A stretch of DNA of 60,096 nucleotides from Candidatus Omnitrophota bacterium (lineage in GTDB: Bacteria; Omnitrophota; Gorgyraeia; Tantalellales; Tantalellaceae), in assembly GCA_049643885.1 (NCBI GenBank), contig JBARQV010000065.1:1-60096 (forward strand), given 5' to 3'. A program made the position numbers and the translations under genes. The notes below the pieces were generated by a model, which did no database searches, was not told the DNA's origin, and saw only the letters and a program-made list of their open reading frames with translations. Positions 52,580 to 60,096 of this stretch are shown piece by piece (the first letter of the stretch is position 1; each line of letters opens with the position of its first letter).

Positions 52580-53115
52580 TACGTTATGCTCTTTCCTGCT
52601 TTGTGTCTGACATATTCTCCTGAATATCTTATCCCCTTGCCTTTATAAGGTTCCGGCGGATAATAATCCCTAATCTCGGCCGCGACCTCTCCGACTTTCT
52701 GCTTGTCGATGCCTTTTACAATTATCTCTGTCAGGCTCGGCGTTTCTATCGTGATCCCTTCCGGCAGTTCAAACTTGACGGGATGGGAAAAACCCAGCTC
52801 AAGGACCAGGGCTTTGCCCTTCATCTGAGCCTTATACCCCACGCCCTGAATCTCCAGTTTCTTCTCGAATCCCTTATCCAGCCCGATGACCATGTTCTGT
52901 ATAAGACTCCTTATGGTGCCGTGCATTGAACGGTGCCTGCGGGAATCAGAAGGCCTTTTCACCAGGACCTGATTATCTTTGACCTCGACGGTTATATCCG
53001 CGGGGACGGCCTGCTCCAAAACTTTTCCCTTGGCTTCGGCTTTGACCTTACCGTCTTTTACTTCAACTTTTATACCGCTAGGTATTTCTATGGGTTTCTT
53101 TCCAACTCTCGACAT
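52579..53115 (-). CDS. rplF: Ribosomal protein uL6
   Basis: MSRVGKKPIEIPSGIKV... Confidence 0.97.
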   Translation of the reverse strand: MSRVGKKPIEIPSGIKVEVKDGKVKAEAKGKVLEQAVPADITVEVKDNQVLVKRPSDSRRHRSMHGTIRSLIQNMVIGLDKGFEKKLEIQGVGYKAQMKGKALVLELGFSHPVKFELPEGITIETPSLTEIIVKGIDKQKVGEVAAEIRDYYPPEPYKGKGIRYSGEYVRHKAGKSIT

Positions 53116-53130
53116 CTTCTTCTACCTCAT

Positions 53131-53529
53131 TTACCAGATTTCGCAGATCACTTCTCCGCCAACACCCTGGGACTGAGCCTCCTTATCGGTCAGCAATCCC
53201 TTGCTGGTCGACAAGATAGCTATCCCGGCTCCCCCGAGAATGCTCTTTACCTCGCCGGTGGGAATATAATGTCTCCTTCCGGGTTTGGATATCTTTTTCA
53301 GGGTTTCCATCACAGGGGCCCCGTCATCGGTATATTTTAAATAAACCTTTATCATCCCCTGCTTGTTATCCTCGATAACCTTGTAGTTCCCTATAAAACC
53401 TTCCTGCTTTATGATCTTCATTATGCCTTCAAGGAGATTGGACCTCTTTATGATGACCGTCTTTTTGCCTGCCATTATGGCATTCCTTATAACCGTCAAT
53501 TGGTCCGCGATCAGATCTGTAACACTCAT
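53131..53529 (-). CDS. rpsH: Ribosomal protein uS8
   Basis: MSVTDLIADQLTVIRNA... Confidence 0.97.
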   Translation of the reverse strand: MSVTDLIADQLTVIRNAIMAGKKTVIIKRSNLLEGIMKIIKQEGFIGNYKVIEDNKQGMIKVYLKYTDDGAPVMETLKKISKPGRRHYIPTGEVKSILGGAGIAILSTSKGLLTDKEAQSQGVGGEVICEIW

Positions 53530-53540
53530 AAATCAGCTCC

Positions 53541-53726
53541 TTACCAGCTTGCCTTGGTTATACCCGGAATATCCCCGCGAGACGCCAGTTCCCTGAAACA
53601 TATACGGCACAGCTTGAACCGTTTCATGTAACCTTTTTTTCTCCCGCAAAGCTGACACCTGGTAATAACTCTGGTACTAAATTTAGGTTTTTTTCTGGAT
53701 TTTTCGATCAAAGATTTTTTTGCCAT
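53541..53726 (-). CDS. rpsZ: Ribosomal protein uS14, zinc-binding type Z (61 aa)
   Basis: [20 protein letters not shown] carries a CxxC...CxxC motif. Confidence 0.96.
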   Translation of the reverse strand: MAKKSLIEKSRKKPKFSTRVITRCQLCGRKKGYMKRFKLCRICFRELASRGDIPGITKASW

Positions 53727-53740
53727 CTCACATTCCCTTG

Positions 53741-54283
53741 CTATTTTCCGACAAAAGGCATGCCGAAATTCTCAAGCAGGCCCATGGCCTCCTCTTTTGT
53801 GTCCGCGGTAGTCACGATGCAAATATCCATACCATGGACTTTTTTCGCCTTGTCTAGGTCTATCTCGGGAAAGATCGTATGTTCCTCGATCCCGAAGGAG
53901 TAATTGCCATGCTGGTCAAAACTCGCCCTTGATAGGCCGCGGAAGTCCCTTATCCTCGGGATAACGACATTAATCAGGCGGCCTAAGAATTCGTACATCA
54001 CGTCTCCCCGCAAGGTCACTTTAAGTCCGACGGGGGACCCTTCCCTGATCTTGAAATTTGATATGGATTTCTTGGACCTGGAGAGCGCAGGCCTCTGGCC
54101 GGTGATAGCTGCCAAGCCGTTCCTCACCGGTTCGATCAGGTCCTTGTCATGGGCCATCTCTCCCAGTCCTACATTCACAACGACCTTATCGATCCTGGGC
54201 ACCTGCATCGTGTTCTTATACCCGAACCTATCCATCATCTTCGGAACGATATCGTTTTTGTACTCATCTTTAAGCCTTGCCAT
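53741..54283 (-). CDS. rplE: Ribosomal protein uL5
   Basis: [17 protein letters not shown]... Confidence 0.97.
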   Translation of the reverse strand: MARLKDEYKNDIVPKMMDRFGYKNTMQVPRIDKVVVNVGLGEMAHDKDLIEPVRNGLAAITGQRPALSRSKKSISNFKIREGSPVGLKVTLRGDVMYEFLGRLINVVIPRIRDFRGLSRASFDQHGNYSFGIEEHTIFPEIDLDKAKKVHGMDICIVTTADTKEEAMGLLENFGMPFVGK

Positions 54284-54298
54284 ATATGTCTGCTCCCC

Positions 54299-54610
54299 TT
54301 ATAAGACCTCGTTGCATTTCTTGCAGAAACGGACCTTACTCCCATCTTTTAAAATCTCCCTGCCCACCCTTGTCGGACGGTTACATCCCTTACATATCAC
54401 GGACAGGTTTGAGATCCGGAGGGGCGCTTCCCTGTGTATGATCCCTCCCTGTTCGTCCTGGCGCGTCTTTCTAGCGTGCTTCTTGGTAAAATTAACGCCT
54501 TGGACGATCGCCCTCTGCTTCGCGGGATAAACCTTAAGGACCTTGCCCGTCTTTCCTTTGTCTTTCCCGGAAAGGACTTTAACCGCATCATTCTTTTTTA
54601 TATGAAGCAT
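54299..54610 (-). CDS. rplX: Ribosomal protein uL24 (Cys4 variant)
   Basis: KOW motif (VKVLSGKDKGKTGKVLKV). The C-terminus carries CKGC...CKKC. Confidence 0.95.
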   Translation of the reverse strand: MLHIKKNDAVKVLSGKDKGKTGKVLKVYPAKQRAIVQGVNFTKKHARKTRQDEQGGIIHREAPLRISNLSVICKGCNRPTRVGREILKDGSKVRFCKKCNEVL

Positions 54611-54620
54611 CTATTTCCTC

Positions 54621-54989
54621 CTAAATGACCTCGGGGGCCAGAGATACTATTTTCATGAAATTCTTTTTCCTGAGTTCCCTGGCTACCGGACCGAATACGC
54701 GTGTCCCGCGGGGATTACCGTCTTTATCAATAATGACAACGGCATTATGGTCGAACCTTAGAGCGGTCCCGTCTTCGCGGCGAATCGAATTGGCCGTCCG
54801 GACTATCACCCCTTTGACCACCTGTCCCTTTTTTACCTCAGCCGTAGGGGTCGACTCCTTTATGTTGCATGTCACGATGTCACCGATCACGGCGACTTTT
54901 TTCCCGGACCTGCCGATGACACCGATAATCGACGCTTTTTTGGCACCGGTATTATCAGCTACATCCAAAACGCTTCTCATTATAATCAT
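54621..54989 (-). CDS. rplN: Ribosomal protein uL14
   Basis: [13 protein letters not shown]... Confidence 0.97.
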   Translation of the reverse strand: MIIMRSVLDVADNTGAKKASIIGVIGRSGKKVAVIGDIVTCNIKESTPTAEVKKGQVVKGVIVRTANSIRREDGTALRFDHNAVVIIDKDGNPRGTRVFGPVARELRKKNFMKIVSLAPEVI

Positions 54990-54993
54990 CGGT

Positions 54994-55263
54994 CTATCCC
55001 TTCTGGCCCTTCTCTATTACTTCAACCACCTTCCAGGTCGTCTCCTTGGACAGGGGCCTTGTTTCCATGATCTTTACCTTGTCCCCGACAGAAGCCTCGT
55101 TCTTATCGTCATGGGCCTTCAGCTTCTTATGCCAGTTGATGTATTTCTTGTAGAGCGGATGTTTTTTTCTCGTCTCCAGCATTACTGTGATGGTCTTGTC
55201 CATCTTATCGCTTATTACAATGCCAACGAACGTTTTTTTACGCGAGGCACTTTTATTCTTCAT
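54994..55263 (-). CDS. rpsQ: Ribosomal protein uS17
   Basis: [16 protein letters not shown]... Confidence 0.96.
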   Translation of the reverse strand: MKNKSASRKKTFVGIVISDKMDKTITVMLETRKKHPLYKKYINWHKKLKAHDDKNEASVGDKVKIMETRPLSKETTWKVVEVIEKGQKG

Positions 55264-55447
55264 CCTTTTTCTCCTCTAAAATAGTGTGACATCTGGCAAT
55301 ATCGCGTTTTAACTGCCTAAGGCGGTGAGGCTTCTCGACGCGGCCGCTCGTAAATTCAGCGTGGATACTGAACATCTGTTCCTTCATGGAAACGATTTTA
55401 TGTTCTATCTCGGCTTTTGTCATATTGCGTATCTCGGTAGCCTTCAA
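55253..55447 (-). CDS. rpmC: Ribosomal protein uL29
   Basis: [18 protein letters not shown]... Confidence 0.95.
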   Translation of the reverse strand: MKATEIRNMTKAEIEHKIVSMKEQMFSIHAEFTSGRVEKPHRLRQLKRDIARCHTILEEKKDEE

Positions 55448-55863
55448 GCTTTGCCTCCCCTTGATATAAATTTGGTCTTCACCGGCAACTTATGGGCAGA
55501 TAGCCTCATGGCTTCCCTGGCCATATCGTACGGCACGCCTTCTATCTCGAAAATGATGCGCCCCTTCTTTACTGTCGCAACCCATCCTGCGGGCGACCCC
55601 TTGCCTTTACCCATCCTGGTTTCGGCCGGTTTCTTTGTAAAAGCTTTATCCGGGAAAACCCTTATCCACAGTTTAGCTGCCCTTCCCGTCTCGCGCATCA
55701 GGGCGACCCTGGCAGCCTCTATCTGCCGGTCCGTTATCCAGACGTTCCCCATGGCTTTCAGCCCATATTCTCCGAAATTAAGCGTACTGGCCGAATAACT
55801 CGTTCCCTTTCTGCGTCCTCTTTGCTGTTTCCTGTATTTAACCCTTTTGGGCATCAACGCCAT
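55444..55863 (-). CDS. rplP: Ribosomal protein uL16
   Basis: [20 protein letters not shown]... Confidence 0.97.
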   Translation of the reverse strand: MALMPKRVKYRKQQRGRRKGTSYSASTLNFGEYGLKAMGNVWITDRQIEAARVALMRETGRAAKLWIRVFPDKAFTKKPAETRMGKGKGSPAGWVATVKKGRIIFEIEGVPYDMAREAMRLSAHKLPVKTKFISRGGKA

Positions 55864-55875
55864 AATCGCTTCTCT

Positions 55876-56547
55876 CTATCTCTTTTCTTCCATTTTTTCC
55901 AGAGATACTTCTCTTCTCATCTTCTCGCCCTTATACAGCCAGATTTTAACCCCGATCGTGCCGTAAGCAGTCTTGGCTACTGAAAGCGCGTAATCGATGT
56001 CTGCCCGGATGGTTTGCAGGGGGACCTTGCCCCACTTGTACCCTTCAGTGCGGGCGATCTCCGCGCCCCCCAGGCGACCGGAACACTGGATCTTTACACC
56101 TTCGCCTCCGGCGTCCTTCACGGACTGGAGGGTCTTTTTCATAGCCCTTCTGAAAGCCACCCTCTTCACCAGCTGAAATGCAACGCTGTCGGCGATTATC
56201 TTGGCATCCAGGGCAGGGTTAGGGACTTCCTTTATGTCTATATAAAGTTTGTTCTCGTTCCCGGTAATATCCTGCAGTAATTCCCTGAGCTTCTCTATCT
56301 GGACGCCCTTGCGTCCTATGATCATGCCCGGACGTCCGGAATAGATCTTTACCCTCACTCTTTTTGTAGCCCTTTCGATGTCGATATGAGATATGGACGC
56401 CATTGTCATTTCTTTTTCGATGAGCTTTCTGATCTTTGCATCCTGCAACACATTCTCGCTGAACTCGCTCTTTGTCGCGTACCACCGGCTGTTCCAGTCA
56501 CGCATCGAACCCAGGCGCATACTTATAGGATGAACTTTCTGACCCAT
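55876..56547 (-). CDS. rpsC: Ribosomal protein uS3
   Basis: MGQKVHPISMRLG... plus a KH domain. Confidence 0.97.
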   Translation of the reverse strand: MGQKVHPISMRLGSMRDWNSRWYATKSEFSENVLQDAKIRKLIEKEMTMASISHIDIERATKRVRVKIYSGRPGMIIGRKGVQIEKLRELLQDITGNENKLYIDIKEVPNPALDAKIIADSVAFQLVKRVAFRRAMKKTLQSVKDAGGEGVKIQCSGRLGGAEIARTEGYKWGKVPLQTIRADIDYALSVAKTAYGTIGVKIWLYKGEKMRREVSLEKMEEKR

Positions 56548-56548
56548 G

Positions 56549-56935
56549 TTATTTTTTCTCCGTTTTTTTCTTTTTTGCCTTCTTGGATTTCTCCTTGACT
56601 ACCTCGTCCAATTCAACCCGTATATGACTTGTCCTGTGCCTTATCGGGGTAGCCCTACCCATGGTCGCGGCCCTGTATCTCATCAGATACGGCCCCGAAT
56701 CCGTTCTGACGATGGAAATATAAACATCTTTGGACAATATCTTTTCCGTCCGGTTCTGGTTCAGGTTCGCAAAAGCGGAATTCACCACTTTCTTTATCGG
56801 ACCCTTTGCCCGCTTGTTGACGTTGTCCAGGATATAAACGGCCTCTTCGACCGTTTTTCCTCTTATCAGGTCAACAACAAGCCTGGCCTTTTTCGGTGAT
56901 AATCTTACATATTTCGCTTCTGCTTTAGCTATCAT
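56549..56935 (-). CDS. rplV: Ribosomal protein uL22
   Basis: AKYVRLSPKKARLVVDLIRGK... Confidence 0.96.
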   Translation of the reverse strand: MIAKAEAKYVRLSPKKARLVVDLIRGKTVEEAVYILDNVNKRAKGPIKKVVNSAFANLNQNRTEKILSKDVYISIVRTDSGPYLMRYRAATMGRATPIRHRTSHIRVELDEVVKEKSKKAKKKKTEKK

Positions 56936-57219
56936 TATGTCTTCTCCATGGATGTCCTTGTCGCCGTGCCGTGATGGCGGAAAACCCGCGTAGGCGCGAA
57001 CTCTCCCAGCTTATGGCCCACCATGTTCTCTGTGATAAAAATGGGCATGAAGGTCTTGCCGTTGTGCACGGAGATCGTCAGCCCTACGAATTCAGGCGTT
57101 ATGGTCGACCTGCGCGACCACGTCTTTATCGGCTTCTTGGAGCCGCCTTCCAGCGTTTTTTTCACTTTTTTTATCAGCTTCTCGTCTACAAAAGGGCCTT
57201 TACTAATCGACCTTGACAT
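56935..57219 (-). CDS. rpsS: Ribosomal protein uS19
   Basis: [15 protein letters not shown]...HNGKTF...[11 protein letters not shown]. Confidence 0.97.
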   Translation of the reverse strand: MSRSISKGPFVDEKLIKKVKKTLEGGSKKPIKTWSRRSTITPEFVGLTISVHNGKTFMPIFITENMVGHKLGEFAPTRVFRHHGTATRTSMEKT

Positions 57220-57222
57220 CTC

Positions 57223-58047
57223 TTATTTCCTCCGTTTGATGATCCTTTTATCCGAGGCCTTTTTCCGCTTCCTGGTTTTTAGCCCCTTGGTGATCTTTCC
57301 CCAGGGAGTACAGGGATGTCTTCCTCCACTCGATTTCCCTTCGCCTCCGCCCATGGGATGGTCTACCGGGTTCTTGGCCACTCCCCTGGACTTCGGCTGA
57401 CGTCCGAGGTATCGTGACCTTCCAGCTTTGCCAAGTGAGATCTTTTCATGATCCAGGTTGCCGGTCCTTCCTATTGTGGCGTAGCACCTCGCGTTAACCA
57501 GCCGTACTTCCCCGCTGGGCAGACGCAGGTGAATATCGTCGCCGTCTTTCGCGGCCACGATCGCGCCATTCCCGGCGGACCTGGCTATCTTCGCGCCCCT
57601 GTCAGGGTGCAGTTCTACACAATAAACCATCAATCCCACCGGCACGTCCTTAAGAGGCATGGAATTCCCGTTCTCGATCTTGGACCCGGTTCCGCACTGG
57701 ACGGTAGTACCAACGCTCAACCCTTCCGAAGCGACGATATACTTCTTGTCACCGTCCTCATACCGGACCAGGGCTATCCTGGCGGACCGGTTCGGGTCGT
57801 ACTCTATCGCTTCTACTACCCCCGAAATACCTTTTTTTGAATAATAAAAATCAACGATCCGGTAGCGTCTCTTATGGCCCCCACCCTGGCTACTCACGGT
57901 CTTCCTGCCGAGGTTATTGCGTCCACCTCGTTTCTTTAACGCTTCGGTCAGCGCCTTTTCGGGTTTTGTCTTGGTTATTTCGCTGAAGTCCGAAACGTTC
58001 CCGAAACGCCTTCCTGGTGTAGTCACTCTGTATTTCTTAAGACCCAT
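57223..58047 (-). CDS. rplB: Ribosomal protein uL2
   Basis: 274 aa with GGGHKRRYR and MGGGEGKSSGGRHP. Confidence 0.97.
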   Translation of the reverse strand: MGLKKYRVTTPGRRFGNVSDFSEITKTKPEKALTEALKKRGGRNNLGRKTVSSQGGGHKRRYRIVDFYYSKKGISGVVEAIEYDPNRSARIALVRYEDGDKKYIVASEGLSVGTTVQCGTGSKIENGNSMPLKDVPVGLMVYCVELHPDRGAKIARSAGNGAIVAAKDGDDIHLRLPSGEVRLVNARCYATIGRTGNLDHEKISLGKAGRSRYLGRQPKSRGVAKNPVDHPMGGGEGKSSGGRHPCTPWGKITKGLKTRKRKKASDKRIIKRRK

Positions 58048-58048
58048 A

Positions 58049-58327
58049 TCAAGTTACCTCTATTTTGCTTTCAGGATGCAGGGTCACAATGGCCTTTTTC
58101 CACGCGGAGGTCTTGCCTTCATGAAACCTGACTCTTCGCATCTTCCCCTTCACGTTGACTATGTTCACACCCTTTACTTTTACTTTGTAGATCTCTTCGA
58201 CCGCGTTTTTTACCTCGTGCTTATTAGCGTCCCTGGCGACTTTAAAAATATACTTGTTCTGTGTCAGCAACTCATTAGCCTTTTCCGTCCTCATCATATT
58301 CTTGATCACGTCGTACGATATCCTCAT
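58049..58327 (-). CDS. rplW: Ribosomal protein uL23
   Basis: 92 aa with [20 protein letters not shown]. Confidence 0.95.
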   Translation of the reverse strand: MRISYDVIKNMMRTEKANELLTQNKYIFKVARDANKHEVKNAVEEIYKVKVKGVNIVNVKGKMRRVRFHEGKTSAWKKAIVTLHPESKIEVT

Positions 58328-58974
58328 TTCAGCCTCTCGGTCAGTTTCTCCAGCGCTTCTTTCTCGATCACAAGATAATCGTTCAGCAGGACATCGTCGG
58401 CATTGATATTCCGGACCTCTTTCATGCTGACCCGTTCAAGATTGCGGGAAGAAAGTTTTACGTCCTCGTTCATCGTATCGACTACGACCAGAACCTTTCC
58501 GTCTATCTTCAGTTTTTCGATTATGGTCCTGAACTCCCTGGTCTTCGACTCCTTTACCTCGATCTTCACAATAGGCTTGATCATGTTTTCTGCAAGCCTG
58601 AGATTCAAACTGGACAAAAGGGCCATTTTTAACGCTTTCTTAGGGACGCTGTAAGTGAAATCGCGCGGTTTCGGACCGAAGGCCGTTCCTCCATGCCTCC
58701 AAAGCGGGTTCCTGCTGGAACCGACCCTGGCCCGGCCTGTGCCTTTCTGCCTCCAGGGCTTGGCACCGCCACCGGCGACCTCGCTCCTGCTTTTAGTCTT
58801 AGCTATACCCTGCCGCCTGTTGGCGTGATACATCTTCTCGACCTCGTACAGGAGTTTCATGTTGACCCGGCCGTCAAAGATGTCCTGGTCAAGCTGGACA
58901 TTCCCGGCGACCTCTCCGTTAAGGTCATATATTTGCAGTCTGGTGTTGATCCCTTCCTTCGTTTTCATGGTCAT
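58324..58974 (-). CDS. rplD: Ribosomal protein uL4
   Basis: 216 aa with [19 protein letters not shown]. Confidence 0.96.
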   Translation of the reverse strand: MTMKTKEGINTRLQIYDLNGEVAGNVQLDQDIFDGRVNMKLLYEVEKMYHANRRQGIAKTKSRSEVAGGGAKPWRQKGTGRARVGSSRNPLWRHGGTAFGPKPRDFTYSVPKKALKMALLSSLNLRLAENMIKPIVKIEVKESKTREFRTIIEKLKIDGKVLVVVDTMNEDVKLSSRNLERVSMKEVRNINADDVLLNDYLVIEKEALEKLTERLK

Positions 58975-59672
58975 TCTTCGCTCTTCTCTTCAGGCCCGCT
59001 TTCAGTTTCTTCTTCCTGTTTCTTTTCGGCGCGTGGCGCCAGCGGTTTTTTCTTGGCGTACTTGATCACCAGATAACTTCCGTTCGGCCCCGGCACTGCC
59101 CCCTTCACAATGACCGTGTTGTTCGCCTCATCGATATCGATCGCCTGGAGGTTCTGGACGGTCGTCTTTTCGTGCCCCATATGACCCGGCAGGTTGTGTC
59201 CTTTTACCACACGTGAAGGGTAAGAACTCGCTCCCATCGAACCCGGCGCCCTGTGGAACATGGAACCATGTGACGCCTTGCCGCCTGCCCAGCCGTGTCT
59301 TTTGACTCCGCCCTGGAATCCTTTCCCTTTTGATGTACCGGTTATGTCCAGGTAGTCTCCCTTCTGGAATACCGAGTTGGTCACTTCATCGCCTACCTTC
59401 ACATCAGGCTGCTCGTCACACCTGATCTCCCTTACGAACCTCTTCGGCTTGAGTTTCCTGGCCTTTAATTGCTCCCTTTGAGGTTTTTTCAGGCGTTTTT
59501 CTTTGGTATCCTCGAATCCCAGCTGAACGGCGTTGTACCCGTCCCTTTCCGATACTTTCACCTCCTGCACGGTGCAAGGTCCTGCTTCCAGAACGGTCAC
59601 GTGCACTTTACCCCCGTTCTCGTCAAATATCTGAGTCATCCCGATCTTCTTTCCAAGCAAGCCTCTTATCAT
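58971..59672 (-). CDS. rplC: Ribosomal protein uL3
   Basis: [20 protein letters not shown]... with an acidic C-terminal tail. Confidence 0.97.
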   Translation of the reverse strand: MIRGLLGKKIGMTQIFDENGGKVHVTVLEAGPCTVQEVKVSERDGYNAVQLGFEDTKEKRLKKPQREQLKARKLKPKRFVREIRCDEQPDVKVGDEVTNSVFQKGDYLDITGTSKGKGFQGGVKRHGWAGGKASHGSMFHRAPGSMGASSYPSRVVKGHNLPGHMGHEKTTVQNLQAIDIDEANNTVIVKGAVPGPNGSYLVIKYAKKKPLAPRAEKKQEEETESGPEEKSEE

Positions 59673-59986
59673 TTTATCTCCACATCGACACCGGCAGGAA
59701 GATCCAGTCTCCGCAAAGCGTCTACCGTCTTCGCCGTGGGTTCCAGTATATCCATCACTCTTTTGTGCGTTTTCAGCTGAAACTGCTCGCGCGATTTCTT
59801 GTCAACATGCGGGGACCGCAGCACCGTAAAGATCTCCCGTTTCGTCGGCAACGGGACAGGCCCTATTACCGTCGCGCCGGTCTTTTTTACGGTTTCCACG
59901 ATCTCCGCCATTGACACGTCAAGAAGCTTGTGATCGAACGCTTTCAGTTTCAGCCTTATTTTCTGTGACTCTTTCTTTTTCGCCAT
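59669..59986 (-). CDS. rpsJ: Ribosomal protein uS10
   Basis: [14 protein letters not shown]...GPVPLPT... Confidence 0.97.
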   Translation of the reverse strand: MAKKKESQKIRLKLKAFDHKLLDVSMAEIVETVKKTGATVIGPVPLPTKREIFTVLRSPHVDKKSREQFQLKTHKRVMDILEPTAKTVDALRRLDLPAGVDVEIK

Positions 59987-60000
59987 TCTCTTCTGTCCTC

Positions 60001-60096
60001 TTATTCAAGTATCTCCGCGATAACGCCCGCGCCGACCGTATGACCGCCTTCACGTATAGCGAACCTCAGTTCCTTCTCCAGCGCTACCGGGGTTAT
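60001..60096 (-). CDS. tuf: Elongation factor Tu, 3' end only (truncated by the window edge)
   Basis: Hand translation gives ...[31 protein letters not shown], the canonical EF-Tu C-terminus upstream of rpsJ. Confidence 0.9.
   Translation of the reverse strand: MTPVALEKELRFAIREGGHTVGAGVIAEILE

Overview
This 60 kb window comes from a diderm bacterium: TolC, an RND pump, a TonB-dependent receptor, heptose and LpxL-like envelope genes are all present. The lineage cannot be assigned from sequence alone. Every gene I can support (about 66 CDS plus one tRNA) lies on the minus strand. Read in the direction of transcription (high to low coordinates), the content is: the tuf 3' end, then a complete S10-spc-alpha ribosomal cluster (rpsJ to rplQ, including an untracked rpmJ and lacking L30). 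mutS-mutL-nth and a thermonuclease-like lipoprotein follow directly. Next is a 600-bp structured spacer and a 2,031-aa mosaic membrane protein, which is the most unusual object in the window. After it come aspC-leuCD, lipB with an orphan lipoyl domain, an aminotransferase, a glycolipid/acyltransferase trio and pcm. These are followed by two small membrane proteins, a cobalamin riboswitch with a BtuB-like receptor, marR-tolC-RND (no adaptor gene), an M16 peptidase, Memo, patatin and a flippase-like protein. The window ends with a Bacillus-like aroQ-pepP-efp-accB-accC-asp23 block, gmhA/rfaE2, a thiE-thiC-pfkB operon and tRNA-Gly(CCC) with a terminator. No transposase, integrase, CRISPR array or rRNA is present. 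The spacers carry three unexplained repeat systems: a REP-like palindrome family with conserved termini and variable cores, a structured element of about 95 nt present twice, and drifting heptanucleotide-periodic tracts. The heptamer tracts also form two linkers inside the giant gene.
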